A stretch of DNA of 64,000 bases from Octopus vulgaris (Eukaryota). Position 1 is the first letter of the stretch. Each line of letters opens with the position of its first letter. The translations under genes and the position numbers were made by a program. Under the pieces are notes generated by a model. The model was not told the origin of the DNA, did not search any database, and saw only the letters and a program-made list of their open reading frames with translations. Where the stretch lies: the NCBI GenBank assembly GCA_951406725.2, contig OX597822.1:17856001-17920000 (forward strand). Direction: 5' to 3'. Of the stretch, positions 52,270 through 64,000 are shown piece after piece.

Positions 52270-53480
52270 AGAGAGCTGCTCTTCATTGTATTTCCTGCCA
52301 AGTAAAACTGAGTCCAAAAATTTGTCCAAATATTCTTTGAAAACATCTTCGTCTACACCTCACAGATCTCTCAGGCTGTTTAACAGAATATTGAAAACTT
52401 GTTGGGCCTTAAAACTGGTCCTTGCTCTAAGTGGAGGTGATGGCATCTTTGGTATTATGCTGTGGCATCCAGTTCAGTGATTGGTGTAGCTTTCAATCCC
52501 AAAGTTGGCTGCTAGACCTTCCAGGATCTTCCATATGTGTATCACTGTATATTTTTCACACCTTCTCTCTAGGGAGTAGAGCTTCAGTTCCTTTAGCCTC
52601 TCCTCATTTGTTGTACAAGTCAATCTGTTTTGTATTATGTTGTTGGATTGCCATGTGCTCTGCCATCAGTTTGACACTCTGAGGTGACCACAGTTGGAAG
52701 CAATAATCCAGATGACCGAGAATGAAAGTTCTCCATAAGAGTAGCATGATATCCGTTTTCCTGGCGGCTCTAAATGATCTTAGAATCCATCCAGCTGCTT
52801 GCCTGCACAATGCTACCATCTTGCTAATGTTCATATGGAATGTTGCATTATTACTCATGTGGAATCCCCAGTTCACTGACTCTGGGATTGTAATAATTGC
52901 TGATCCTGTTTATTCCACTATTGTGGGCCAATAATGAAGTGCTTAGAATTTTTTCAGCATTGAAATGTATGCTATTTCCATCAGCCCTTTCGTACATTCA
53001 TTTGTAGATCATATCATGTCATCAGGTTCCTTGATTTCTTGCAATACTTTTGTATCATCATCACAGCTGGTGAGACTGGCTGAATGTAAGGCTGAGAGAG
53101 TGTCTGAGAGAACCACCACAAACACTAGTAGTCTCAGTACAGTTCCCTGAGGGACTCCACAGAGATAAAATATCTCTCCAGAGAGAGCACCATTGGCTGC
53201 ATCTGTTTGACATCTTTTGAAAAGTCTTGCAGCCATTTCCTTAGTTTATCAACAATACCAAGACCATGCAACAGTTAGTTGAAGCGTTTGGTAAAGTGGA
53301 GACATACCACATTTGTATGTTGCTTTTAGTACCCAGTCAAACTGCTGTAGTAGTGGTTTGCAGTATCTCCTCCCTGGATGTTTGTGAGCAAGCTATTTTC
53401 TTTTAAGAACATGACCCTTCTCACGATGTGTTCCCTGACTTTGTTACTATGTGAAGTCAGAGAGAGATAGGCCTATGAAA
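52270..53480 (-). mobile_element. Older decayed CR1 copy, related to 34617-35935
   Basis: GVPQGTVL..SCDDDTKV and AGWILRSFR..MLLLWRTFILGHLDYCFQLWSPQSVKL. Confidence 0.85.
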
Positions 53481-53599
53481 ATTACAATTCTATCTCTTTA
53501 TCAAAATGTATTACATATTTTTACATACTGAAGCACCAGTCATGTACTGGGGTCGATGTAATAGGCTATTCCCTCTTAACTATGTTCTTCTTTTAAATG

Positions 53600-54050
53600 T
53601 GCCTTGCCTATAAGCATTGGAGATCATGTATCTTCGCCCCTTCTTGTCCCACAAGCAATTTAGCAAATTATTGGATTGATCTTTATGTAGCCAACAAATT
53701 ACATACAAACCAAGTATTTTTCTCTCTGTTTCTTTTTCAGCTTCTTGTTCCTTTTCATTTTGCCATTGTTACTAAATGTTTAAAGGTTTGTCTTCTCATT
53801 AGATGTCCACTGAACTTAATCTGTTGTCTTCTTAGGGTGTCAAGAAGCTTTCTGGAAACTTCTGCTTGTCTTAGGACTTTGATATTTGCCACTCTATTTC
53901 AAGAGAATATCTTCATTATTCATCTAAGGGAACTCATCTTTGCACCATTGAAAAGCTTTTGTATTCATTTCCCGATGTTTGATGTTACACATCAAGATGG
54001 ATTCTATTTATGTCCAAAGGATATTTTCTTTCACTTTTGGAAATCAGTAT
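53600..54050 (-). mobile_element. Decayed RTE-like LINE 3' coding fragment
   Basis: Minus-strand remnants resemble EMxFLRxxMKIxWxxRVxNxxVL..RKLLxTLRRxQIKFxGHLMR. Confidence 0.5.
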
Positions 54051-55465
54051 TAAAACCAGCACTGACTTTTACTGTTGTTTTCCGGCATTGATGCAAGGCC
54101 TCCAATTATGAAGACAGACTTGACCAATATTTTATAAACACCAGATATATAAAAGGTGAAGTTTATTGGTCAGATTTGAACACAGAATGTAAAGATCTGT
54201 AACTAAATAGTGTGAGGTATTCTGTCTGACAGCAATAATTTTGCTAATTTACTTAAACATGAGGTAAAACTAATTCTTAATAAGTATAACAAACTGTGAT
54301 TCCTCAAAGAAATTGTGTATCTGCTTATACTTCTCAACTGCTTCTAAAATACTTCTGTCCATACCAAATGCTAGAAAGAAATTACTTGATTACCATTTAC
54401 ATAGAATAAATCATTATCAGTGTAAGAAATCATTTATTATGACTGACATGAGCAAAGCATATTCACTGGAATTTAGTTTGGTACAGCCTCAAAGACAAAT
54501 AACAGAGATAAGGAGAAAAAACAAAATTGAAATGGAAGGAATGATTTCAAATATAATGCAAATGTAGTTCTTGATTTTGGTGACCTTTTGATTGTTCTGA
54601 TAATAGAATGTATAAAATAGTAGATGCATCAGCATCTTAGGAATACGGTTGGCAAGAAAGCACCATTATTGCCAGTGAAGCATAAGGATTGGTTGGCTAT
54701 TCAGATCTTCATACAAAGGTTGTCGTTTTTTTAAAATTTTATTTTTGAATATATTATATTTCCTTATTTTTACATACATATCTAGTAGATGAAGCACAGT
54801 GCCAATGTATTGGTGTGGAAGAAGAAGAAAGATATTTTCCGACAGACTTGAGTCCTTTCCCCAAATATTCGCCACAAACTGGACTGTTTAAAGGCCTCTA
54901 CAGATCAAGTCGTGGTGTTAAATCAGATAATGGATTAAGTCTACAACCCAAGAACAGAAATAGTTCTTCCAACAATCTTCCATAGAGTTTCCATTTTCTA
55001 AATTTCCATTACTAGGTTTTGATTGATCTGATGCCATGATAGAAGACATTTGCCCAATGTGACATAGAATGGGTTTGAATCTAATACTAAACAGTTGCAA
55101 AGCAAAACTCTTAATCATGTGGCTGTGCTTGTACCCAAATTGTTAAATACAGGAATTTTGACATTACAGAATCATTACATTCCTGAAAATCTTACCATTT
55201 TATGGCATTCCATAATAAAAAATTAATTTCTCATTGATTTCCATTTTACATAGAACTGAAGGAAGATAGAAATCAACAGCAGAATTTAAGAATTCTATGT
55301 TATGAGATTTTCAGGAATACAATGCTTCCATAACACAATGGGTACTTGTAAAGTGAAACTAGGTTTTGTGTTCTGTGGAGAAAACTTTGCATGAAGTTCT
55401 GTGATTTATCAGGAACATATTTTTAAAATAACTTGCAAAGTCTTTCTAGTAATTTTTGGAATAGA

Positions 55466-55840
55466 TCTCTCTATATATAAACGGCAGTTTGTCTGTGCGT
55501 GTTTCTGTGTGTCTGTTTTCTCGTACCCTCACCCTGACCACGGCTTTCAACCGATTCTGATGAAACTTGACACACACATAGCCCAATGTCATAATTCAAA
55601 ACTAACGCAGTGAAAATTTTGAAAAGTTCCCCCAGTTCTGAAAAATATCGATAAATTCGACATGGGGTCGAGAATCAGAAACCCAAACCACAGACCGTCT
55701 AGGGGACGCAACTCCACCTTTTTTAACTATCAAAAAAAAATTTACCATCATTTTTTTGCTATTCTTTGGCTATAACTCTCTAAAAATGCTTTATAGTTAT
55801 TTCCCTTACAAACCTGAGCAACGCCGGGCGATACTGCTAG
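55466..55840 (+). mobile_element. Complete non-autonomous Helitron
   Basis: 5' A|TC(tctctatatataaa), subterminal GC hairpin cctgagcaacgccggg, 3' CTAG|T, and no TSD. Confidence 0.88.
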
Positions 55841-56949
55841 TTGTCATATAAATTCCAAAAGTAACATATCAGTGATATAGATTATTGGTCTGGTGCAAAC
55901 CATATTTGCTAACCCTGTATACTTGTAACAAAATTAAGCAGTTAGCATTGGTTCGTGGTTGATGTGAACAGGGTGTACAGGGTGTAATAAAAGTTGTGTG
56001 GATTATTGGGAAATATTGCACGTTTTACACAATGAAGATTTTGTTGTTGTGTTTGCTGTGAACCAAATTATTTTTATGTTTAATTTCAAAATCTGAATTG
56101 AGGAGGACTTGTTCCCCTTTGTATTTGTGTGTTTGTATTGTGTGTTCAATTCAATTTCAATATTTGAGATTAATTCCTTTTAACTCTGAAATTTATGCCA
56201 CTTTTCCTTGAGTAGTGGCAGCAGCAGCAACTCGTAATACTAATCAAACTTGTGCAAAAACCATTGCTAATAAAATCCACAAAGTAACTTGGATTCATTC
56301 AAGAAATTTCTTTCAGTTCTAAGAACTCTTGAAAATAAATGTTTGTCATCATCTAAACAGAAGCACGGACAATATCCAGCGTTCAATTGATTATCTTCAT
56401 TGATTCTGAAAATTTTAATGAAAGCTAAAATTGTACGCTCCCTCCTCCATGATTTTGGGGGTTGCCCCCTATCCATGTTACTCTACCCTACACAATTGTA
56501 TTTTGTTCCGTCTACTTTTGTTTTTATTTCATTATGTTATTGGATATTTCTCTCATCCTGAGTTTGTCTTTTGCATCAACAGATTTCATTATGTCCAACT
56601 CATGACATTTCATTTCTCTTATGGAATCCTTCATTCACAATAAACCCTTTATGTTTCTTTTTGATTAATAATATTTAGTTTTGTTAAGGTGTTTTTATTT
56701 CTCCCTCATCTAATTCCTTTCTTTCAAATGATCTCCTTTCACCATATTGTCTACAATGGAACAAATTGCATTTCTAGTATTGTGTTCGATGCCAGAGAGA
56801 CCGTCTCTTCTTCCAGTGAATGTTTGAATTCATTTCCATACAACTGAAATGTTAATATATATCTAAAACACATATTCTGTTGATCACTCAAAAATATTCG
56901 ACCTTATATTTCATTAGAACTGGCTATGCATTCCACATGCATATATATA

Positions 56950-57405
56950 TCATCATCATCATTGTCATTTCACAGCCACTTTTCCATACTAGAATGAGTC
57001 AGATGAAATTTATTGGGGTGAATTTCCTCTGGCCAGATGCCTTTCCTGTTGCCAACCCTCACCACTTTCCAAGCAAAGTAATATTTCCTCATGATCGGAT
57101 ATGTTTTCTCGGAAGATTGGAAATGAAAGAAACCACTTGCTGTCACTCATCCACAACCATCATGTGATGCAAAGGCAAGGAGACAGTAACACACACATAC
57201 ACACACACATGTACATATATATATATAAGTGTATCTGTGTTTGACAAGTTTTGTCCAGTTTCTGTTTACCAAATGCCCTCAGAAGGCATTGGTCAATCCT
57301 GGGGCTGTAGTAGAAGATGCTTGCCCAAGGTACCTCTCAGTGGAAGTGAGCCTGAAACCATGTGGTTTCAAAATGACCTTTTTAACCACCCAGCCATTCT
57401 TACCC
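56950..57405 (-). mobile_element. SINE with tRNA/CORE-like head and RTE-type tail
   Basis: Same organisation as 46585-47025. Confidence 0.65.
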
Positions 57406-57497
57406 CTTTAGTTACAATTGTACCAACAGTGTTCAAGTGAACACATTTTACTAAAAAATCATTCAACCATTCCACCCATGGTAATCGCTGACGTTAA

Positions 57498-57728
57498 GGT
57501 GGTGAGCTGGCAGACACATTAGCACGCCAGGCGAAATGCTTAGTGGTATTTCATCTGCCGCTACATTCTAAGTTCAAATTCCACCGAGGTCAACTTTGCC
57601 TTTCATCCTTTCGGGGTCGATTAAATAAGTACCAGTTACGCACTGGGGTCGATGTATTTGACTTAATCTGTTTGTCTGTCCTTGTTTGTCCCCTCTGTGT
57701 TTAGCCCCTTGTGGGTAGTAAAGAAATA
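57498..57728 (+). mobile_element. Young tRNA-derived SINE with Meta-like central domain and perfect 18-bp TSD
   Basis: TSD ggtaatcgctgacgttaa at 57480-57497 and 57729-57746. B box gttcaaattcc, then ccgaggtcaactttgcctttcatcctttcggggtcgattaaataagtaccag. Confidence 0.92.
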
Positions 57729-60108
57729 GGTAATCGCTGACGTTAAATGGTTCTGAACAACCAAGTAGTTGGTTCCCGTTGCTAGTATTTCTCTTGTAGT
57801 TGTTCCACTGTTTAAAAGTGTAATGTGTAATAGAATTCAGAGTCAAGCTAAGCAGCCTGAACGGAAAGTATCAATGTGGCTTGTTGTAAAGACATCTAAA
57901 ACATTTCATGTGAAACAGCTGAATCAGTTGGATAAGAATTTTACTTGATGTCTGTTATATTGAACTAACACCTCCTTTTGTAATTAATTGATCTTTAAGT
58001 CAAAACAAACATGAAATGAAAACAACTTCAATGAAAATTTTGTCAGATATACAAACAGAATTTGCCACTTTCAAACTACAGTATAAATAAATTTTCCTTC
58101 TTGACAATACTGTCTTTCTCTTGTTGTTTCATTTGATTAATGAAGTGAAATTTAATTGAGATTCACTACTTTGAATTCTGTGTTAATAGATAAGTGACCT
58201 TAAAATGCTTTCATTGTTGTAAAACTGCACCAAACATTTAACATGGTCTGTTTCCGTATTAACTTCATTAAACTGTAATTAACTACAATGGGTGTATTTT
58301 ACAGTTATAAATTCAGGAAATAGAATGGTCTTTATTACAATTACCCTTGTTTGGATTTTATTTTATTTTATGGAAAACGTATTATTTAATTATTTGTTGC
58401 ATGCTGTGCTGCTCTATTTAGTATTTTTGATTGAGTTAGTTAGAATGTTATCGTATTGATTATGTGGCCACAAGCTCAAAGCTGTTGTATCATTACAGCC
58501 ACAGTAGGTACATAGACATGGCTGAATGGTTAAGAAGTTTGCATTACAACCACAAGATCCCAGGTCCTGTTCCATTGCATGGCATCTTGGGTTAAATGCA
58601 TCTACCATAGTCTCAAATTCATCTAAGCTATGTGATTAAATTTGGGTAGATGGAAGTCATTCAGAAGTACATCCTATGTACTCTGCCTCTAATTCAAAAG
58701 TCTGGCCTTGACACTCCACATTATGCTGATTCTACCCAAGAATTATATTGAGGGTACAAATCTGAGAATTACTCAACCAGTTCTCTTATTAAATGAGTTC
58801 TCCATTTGATCAGAGAACTAATATGCTTACACACTGAAATATATGTGAGCGAAGCCTTGTGAGTGAATTTGTTTATAGGAGGAAAAATGTACAGAATCCC
58901 ATTGGGTGGGCTGTACCCTGTTACACCTACATCATATTGATTCTGTCTTAGAATAACAAAAAGGGTGCATATATCTGTGGAATTCTCAGCCACTGCAGAA
59001 TATTAATTCAGAAAGTAGGTTGACCATTTCATCAAACAACTGAATGTTATTTTTTTTTATCTTTCACTTGTTTCTTTATATTTGATACTTTTAGTCGTTT
59101 TGCTACAGTGCTAAGCTATGGGGACACAAACAAACCAACACCAGTTGTTAAGCAATGAGGGCATGCTCACACACACGGAGTAATACAGAGTTGAGCAGAT
59201 AGATCTTGGCAAATTAGCGTAGTTGCCCCTCTGCATATCTTTTCACTAAACAGATTACTCAGTAAAACGCATTCCATGTAATTCAGCTGGTCAGTTCCGC
59301 AATTTGGACTGAGTTAAACAGTTGTTCACTTGCCCCTGGACCCCTGGTATCCTGCAGATGCTATTGAGCAGTGAATCATTTAGTAAACCAAAATGAAGGG
59401 ATAGTTTTCAAAGATTTCTTTGCATGTTTCTATAGCAAGGTTCATTCCAGATGTGAGTTCACTGAGTAACTTTACAGATAATATGTAAATTTGAAACCAT
59501 TCCATTTCTTGGGGTGATATTCTGCCAAATATTTTACTGAAAATACACTGAGCCTTTGGGGGAAGAGAATCTTACATTGGAATTTACTAATGAAAGAAAT
59601 TTTGAAGGACAATTAATCACTCTCAGGGCAGAGTATCTGCAATGTATTCTGTTCAATGCTCTTTGCCTCATTATATTTGGTTCCTTTCAAATCTAGATCA
59701 CATAACCATTTACATACCTTTAGGAGAGAAGATAAAGCCAAATCAGCACCATTGGAGACAAAAATCTGGGAAATAAAGACTTGGTATTCATTGCACAATT
59801 TCTTCATCTATCTTAAGGAAAGCTCTACCAGACTTGGGTGGTGGCATCAGTTATGTGTGTTGCCTGGAAAATCTCAATATAAAATTTTGCGATGCAAGAA
59901 GAATCTTATTAATAAATTTGAGAAATTATATATAAGATGTCCTCACAAGATACGAGAAACTTTCTAATACTATCTACCAATATAATGATTTTAGTTGGAT
60001 TGTTATCTTTAAGAGTTGTTGTTGTCATAATTCAACTGGAAAAATTATTCTCAGTATCATAATAGCAGTATCTATATTATTCTCAATATGTGATATTTCT
60101 GCTATTTA

Positions 60109-60600
60109 ATCATCATCATCATTTAACGTCCACTTGCCATGCTAGCATGGGTTGGACGATTTGACTGGGGACTGGTGAACCAGATAGCTGCACCAGACTC
60201 CAATCTTGATCTGGCAGAGTTTCTACAGCTGGATGCCCTTCCTAATTGCAACCACTCCAAGAGTGTAGTAGGTGCTTTTATGTGCCACTGGCACGAGGGC
60301 CAATTAGGTGGTACTGGCAATGGACACACTCAAGTGATGTTTTTGACATACCACCTGCACAGGAGCCAGTCCAGCAGCACTGGTAATGACCTCGCTCGAA
60401 TATTTTTCACGTGCCACCGGCAGAAGTGCCAGTAAGGCAACGCTGGTAATGATCACATTTGAATGATGTTTTTTTACGTACCACTTGCACGGAAGCCACT
60501 CAGCTGCTCTGGCAGCAATCATGCTCGGATGGGGCTCTTAGCGCTCCCCTGGTACGGGTGACAGTCATTGAATTTGCGAATTTGATTTGATTTTGATTTA
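60109..60600 (-). mobile_element. RTE 3'UTR copy with about five degenerate tandem units
   Basis: (CAT)n tail, the conserved terminus, and repeated tttt..gtgccac..gcac units. Confidence 0.85.
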
Positions 60601-61481
60601 GTACAATACAGTTATTGAGGGTAGTAATAATAATAATAATAATAAGATTAAACAATGACAATTGTAATATTCTGCAATATTAATTAATAATTAACAATAA
60701 ATATACTAATTAAAATAATTATAATAATAATAATAATAATAATAATGATAATAATGATAATAGCAAAAATAATAACTAGCAGTACCCTTGGAAATTCCAT
60801 GGTAATTATGAAATCTTTTAGATGATTATATCAAAAGGTTTGTAGACTTGTTTTCTGGCATGCCAACAGATGGCAGCACATAGTTGCATACACAGTGAGA
60901 GCTAACAGTGACCTTCATGAAGCAGTGGGCTGAGTAACACCATTTACTTCACAAGCTGTGGTGTTTGTGTTTTTGTGATGACTTGTGATGCTGTAGTCCA
61001 CAATTTTGTCATGGACAGAAAGTTGGAACAAAAAGCCAACATTAAACCTGGTAAGTCTTGTGATGTTTTGAAGTGTTTGAGGAAGGACATTCAGTGGAAA
61101 TGACTGAATCTGTGAAATGTGGAGCATTGGATTCTTCATGACAGTGATGCACCCTGTTACCAAAGTCTCCTCACTTGTGAGTTTCTTGTCAAAAACAAAA
61201 TGCTATCACTTCCACACCTGCCATATTCACCCATATTTAGGGCTTGTGGACTTCCATCTCTTTCCCAAAGGGGAAAAAGCAGCTTGAAGATTGCCATTTT
61301 AACACCATTGTCAGGATCCAGAGTGAATTGCAGAAAGTCCTCGACTCACTTCTGGAAAACGACTTCCAGGCTTGATTCCAAAAGTGGCAGGAACACTGAG
61401 ACCAGTCTATTGCTGTGCAAGGTGACTATTTTGAAGGTGATATTGTTAAAACATTGGTAAATAAGTTATTTTTATTAAATA

Positions 61482-63393
61482 CTAGCATTATGACCCGGCG
61501 TTGCCAGGTCATAGTGCTAGTGCATGTATATATGTGTATAAAGTTCAGAGAGCTCTTACCTCTGCTGGTGACAAAAGGCCTCTCGCACAGAGTGAAAGGC
61601 AGACTGTATGATGTGTGTGTACAAACAGCCATGCTACATGGCAGTGAAACATTGGCCGTGACTGCTGAGGATATGCGTAAGCTCGCAAGAAATGAAGCCA
61701 GTATGCTCCGATGGATGTGTAATGCCGGTACTCACACTCGGCAGAGTGTAAGTACCTTGAGAGAAAAGCTGGACCTAAGAAGCATCAGTTGTGGTGTGCA
61801 AGAGAGACGTTTGCGCTGGTATGGTCATGTGGCGAGAATGGATGAAGATAGTTGTGTGAAAAAGTGCCACACCCTAGCGGTTGAGGGAACCTGTGGAAGA
61901 GGCAGACCCAGGAAAACCTGGGACGAGGTGGTGAAGCACGACCTTCGAACTTTAGGTCTCACTGAGGAAATGACTAGAGACCGAGACCTCTGGAAGTGTG
62001 CTGTGCGCGAGAAGACCCGGCAGGACAAGTGAGTCCATAACCCGTGGCCTTCTACATGGGATGGAGCCAGCCTACGTATGCATACCTTCCCTTCTTGGGA
62101 CACAAAACTCTACTTGTGAAGACGTGTTGAGGCAAGTGAGGATCAGAATCGAAATCGATCAATGGAAATTGCAGATGTGTTACCAGTGACGGTGGCATGT
62201 AAGAGAACTTTCCGTTTTGCGACCGTTGCCAGCACCGCCCTGTTTCGTGTCCGTTGCCAGCCTCGCCTGGCCCTCGTGCCGGTGGCACATAAAACGCACC
62301 ATCCGTTCGTGGCCGTTTGCCAGCTCTGTCTGGCACCAGTGCGGGTGGCACGTAAAAAGCACCCACTACACTCACGGAGTGGTTGGCGTTAGGAAGGGCA
62401 TCCAGCCGTAGAAACACTGCCAGATTTGACTGGGCCTGATGAAGCCTTCTGGCTTCACAGACCCCAGTAGAACCGTCCAACCCATGCTAGCATGGAAAAC
62501 GGACGCTAAACGATGATGATGATGTACATCTATATATATACATCTACACATAAAATACAAAATACAACGTTATATCTTGATATCGATAGTGATAACAATA
62601 CTCAAAATATATAACAGACTGGAATTGTAAACCCGTCTCTTGCAATTTCGATCAATTGTATCTTGTCCTCCCTCTTGTATACAAGTGTGGCTACAATCCA
62701 GCCTACCTCTTCTTCTGGGGGGACATTTTAAATTTTTATCCGGGACGTCCTATGTCCCAGATATAAAGGTAAAAATAAAATATTTCCACTTTGCAAGGTT
62801 CAAGTCGAGTACTCCCTTGCACGCTCCGTTGACTCAAACCTTGCTTCTATTGTGGCGAATTTACTCCCTCTGGTTAGATACTTGATATCTTTCATAGTCG
62901 CACCAAGACACTTTTCGATGATGCTTTCCTTCAGTTGTTCAAATCTTTTTTCCTCTACATTGTATATTTTATAGACAATAGTCTTTTCTTTAATTTAATG
63001 GACTATTCCTTGTCTGCGCATTAATTTTATTTTTAATTTATTCCCATTCATGTGAAACCACTTATTCAAGTTCAAGTCATTGATGCAATTTTATACCAAT
63101 TGCTATTTTTACTTTTGTTATGTTACGATTATATTATACTTTAGTTTGATTTTAATTATTACTTACTACATATAATTCAATTGTTATTATTATCTCTAAT
63201 TTTTATTGTTAAAGTGAAAGTATCTGACATAAAATAGAGAAATGTTTTTGTTTCACTTTTAACATGTAATACTGAAATAGGCAAGAAGTTGAACATTTTT
63301 TTTGCCCATGAAACTACATGGACCCTAAGTAAGGCATGTGTAAAATTTGAATGAAATTGGTTGTGTAGTTCTCAAGTTTTAGGGAAACACACG

Positions 63394-63429
<36 letters not shown>

Positions 63430-63457
63430 CACATTCTCAGTTTTATATATATAGAGA
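61482..63457 (-). mobile_element. Non-autonomous Helitron containing an RTE insertion
   Basis: The minus strand starts A|TCtctatatatataaaactgag with a (GTCT)n tract and ends in a hairpin plus CTAG|T (actagcattatgacccggc-gtt-gccaggtcatagtgctagt). Confidence 0.82.
61540..62524 (+). mobile_element. 5'-truncated RTE LINE, same family as 29133-31687
   Basis: KFRELLPLLVTKGLS..LHGSET..RRLRWYGHV..GRGRPRKTW..EKTRQDK*, then 3'UTR and (GAT)n tail. Confidence 0.95.
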
Positions 63458-63546
63458 TAACTAATCCAGGAATCTTTTGATACCATTTTGTAGAGCCCTA
63501 CCAATTAGTGTTCCTTTATAAATTGCCTATTCTGCCTTATTTTCAT

Positions 63547-63740
63547 TTAGAGACACCTTTCAGTCCTTCTGTATAAGATTGTAATTGAAGGAGTATAACT
63601 CTCCCATTCTCTCAGCCGTTCAGACGGTTCTTCATTTATAAATCTAAGAGCTTCACAATGATTACAGAGAATATTCATGGCACCAAAGTTGCAATTTTCA
63701 ACCATATTCATGGCACCAATGTTGCAATTTTCCCTCATCG
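63547..63740 (-). pseudogene. Helitron RepHel N-terminal zinc-finger-like fragment
   Basis: GAMNILCNHCEALRFINEE matches the Helitron GxMxxxCxxCxAxxFxxE motif. There is a 33-bp tandem duplication (63671 and 63704). Confidence 0.6.
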
Positions 63741-64000
63741 GTTATAAATACCCACCTTTTGATGCATATTTCCCCATTTTACACACTCCGATACCCCTGT
63801 ACTTGTCCTAGTAATTCATCTCTCCGGTTCCCTTTACACCATTGCCCATACAGTCTCATTCTTTCTCTTGTTAGCTTACATCATCTGTCATCCATATTTC
63901 ATAAAGAAACATCCATCTTCAAGCGAGCAGATGATATATAATTGCACTTATGCACATGCATTAAGTGACAGGTGATGTAAAACATTTAGTTCAATTAAGA

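Larger units (their letters stand above)
60821..63490 (+). mobile_element. Deleted mariner split by a Helitron (60821-61481 and 63458-63490)
   Basis: WILHDSDAPC..LPHLPYSP..QGDYFEGD. The right TIR ctaatccaggaatcttttgataccattttg|TA resumes directly after the Helitron. Confidence 0.82.

Noticed and set aside
61415-62032. 205-aa ORF apparently fusing mariner, Helitron and RTE sequence
   Set aside because: The open frame across nested insertion junctions is coincidental, it begins at a non-ATG codon, and nothing supports expression.
62434-62460. ctgatga followed by a small hairpin in the RTE 3'UTR
   Set aside because: There is no GAAA after the stem, and the motif is not conserved in other copies of this 3' end.

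Overview
This is AT-rich, microsatellite-dense eukaryotic DNA, most likely intronic or intergenic. The SINE and LINE families look like those of a coleoid cephalopod (Octopus-like); this is inferred from repeat family recognition, not a database search. No complete host gene can be supported, only a few weak candidate exons. Almost all long ORFs are transposon remnants or microsatellite artefacts. Mobile elements seen: mariner DNA transposons, Helitrons, RTE, CR1 and Dong/R4 LINEs, a Penelope-like RT relic and several tRNA-derived SINE families, often nested. The most notable observations are: (1) two copies of a short tRNA-headed element carrying a minimal type I hammerhead ribozyme, with Penelope-style inverted end plus tail architecture (19755-20119 and 21213-21502); (2) a full-length ORF1-only (HAL1-like) retroelement with a target-site duplication (21644-23033); (3) a SINE and a CR1 LINE that share a 3' tail whose hairpin shows compensatory changes; (4) an RTE that keeps both ends but lacks the endonuclease; (5) a mariner > Helitron > RTE triple nest; (6) a 7 kb (TA)n-rich cluster holding young insertions and an unexplained 441-bp-period repeat.
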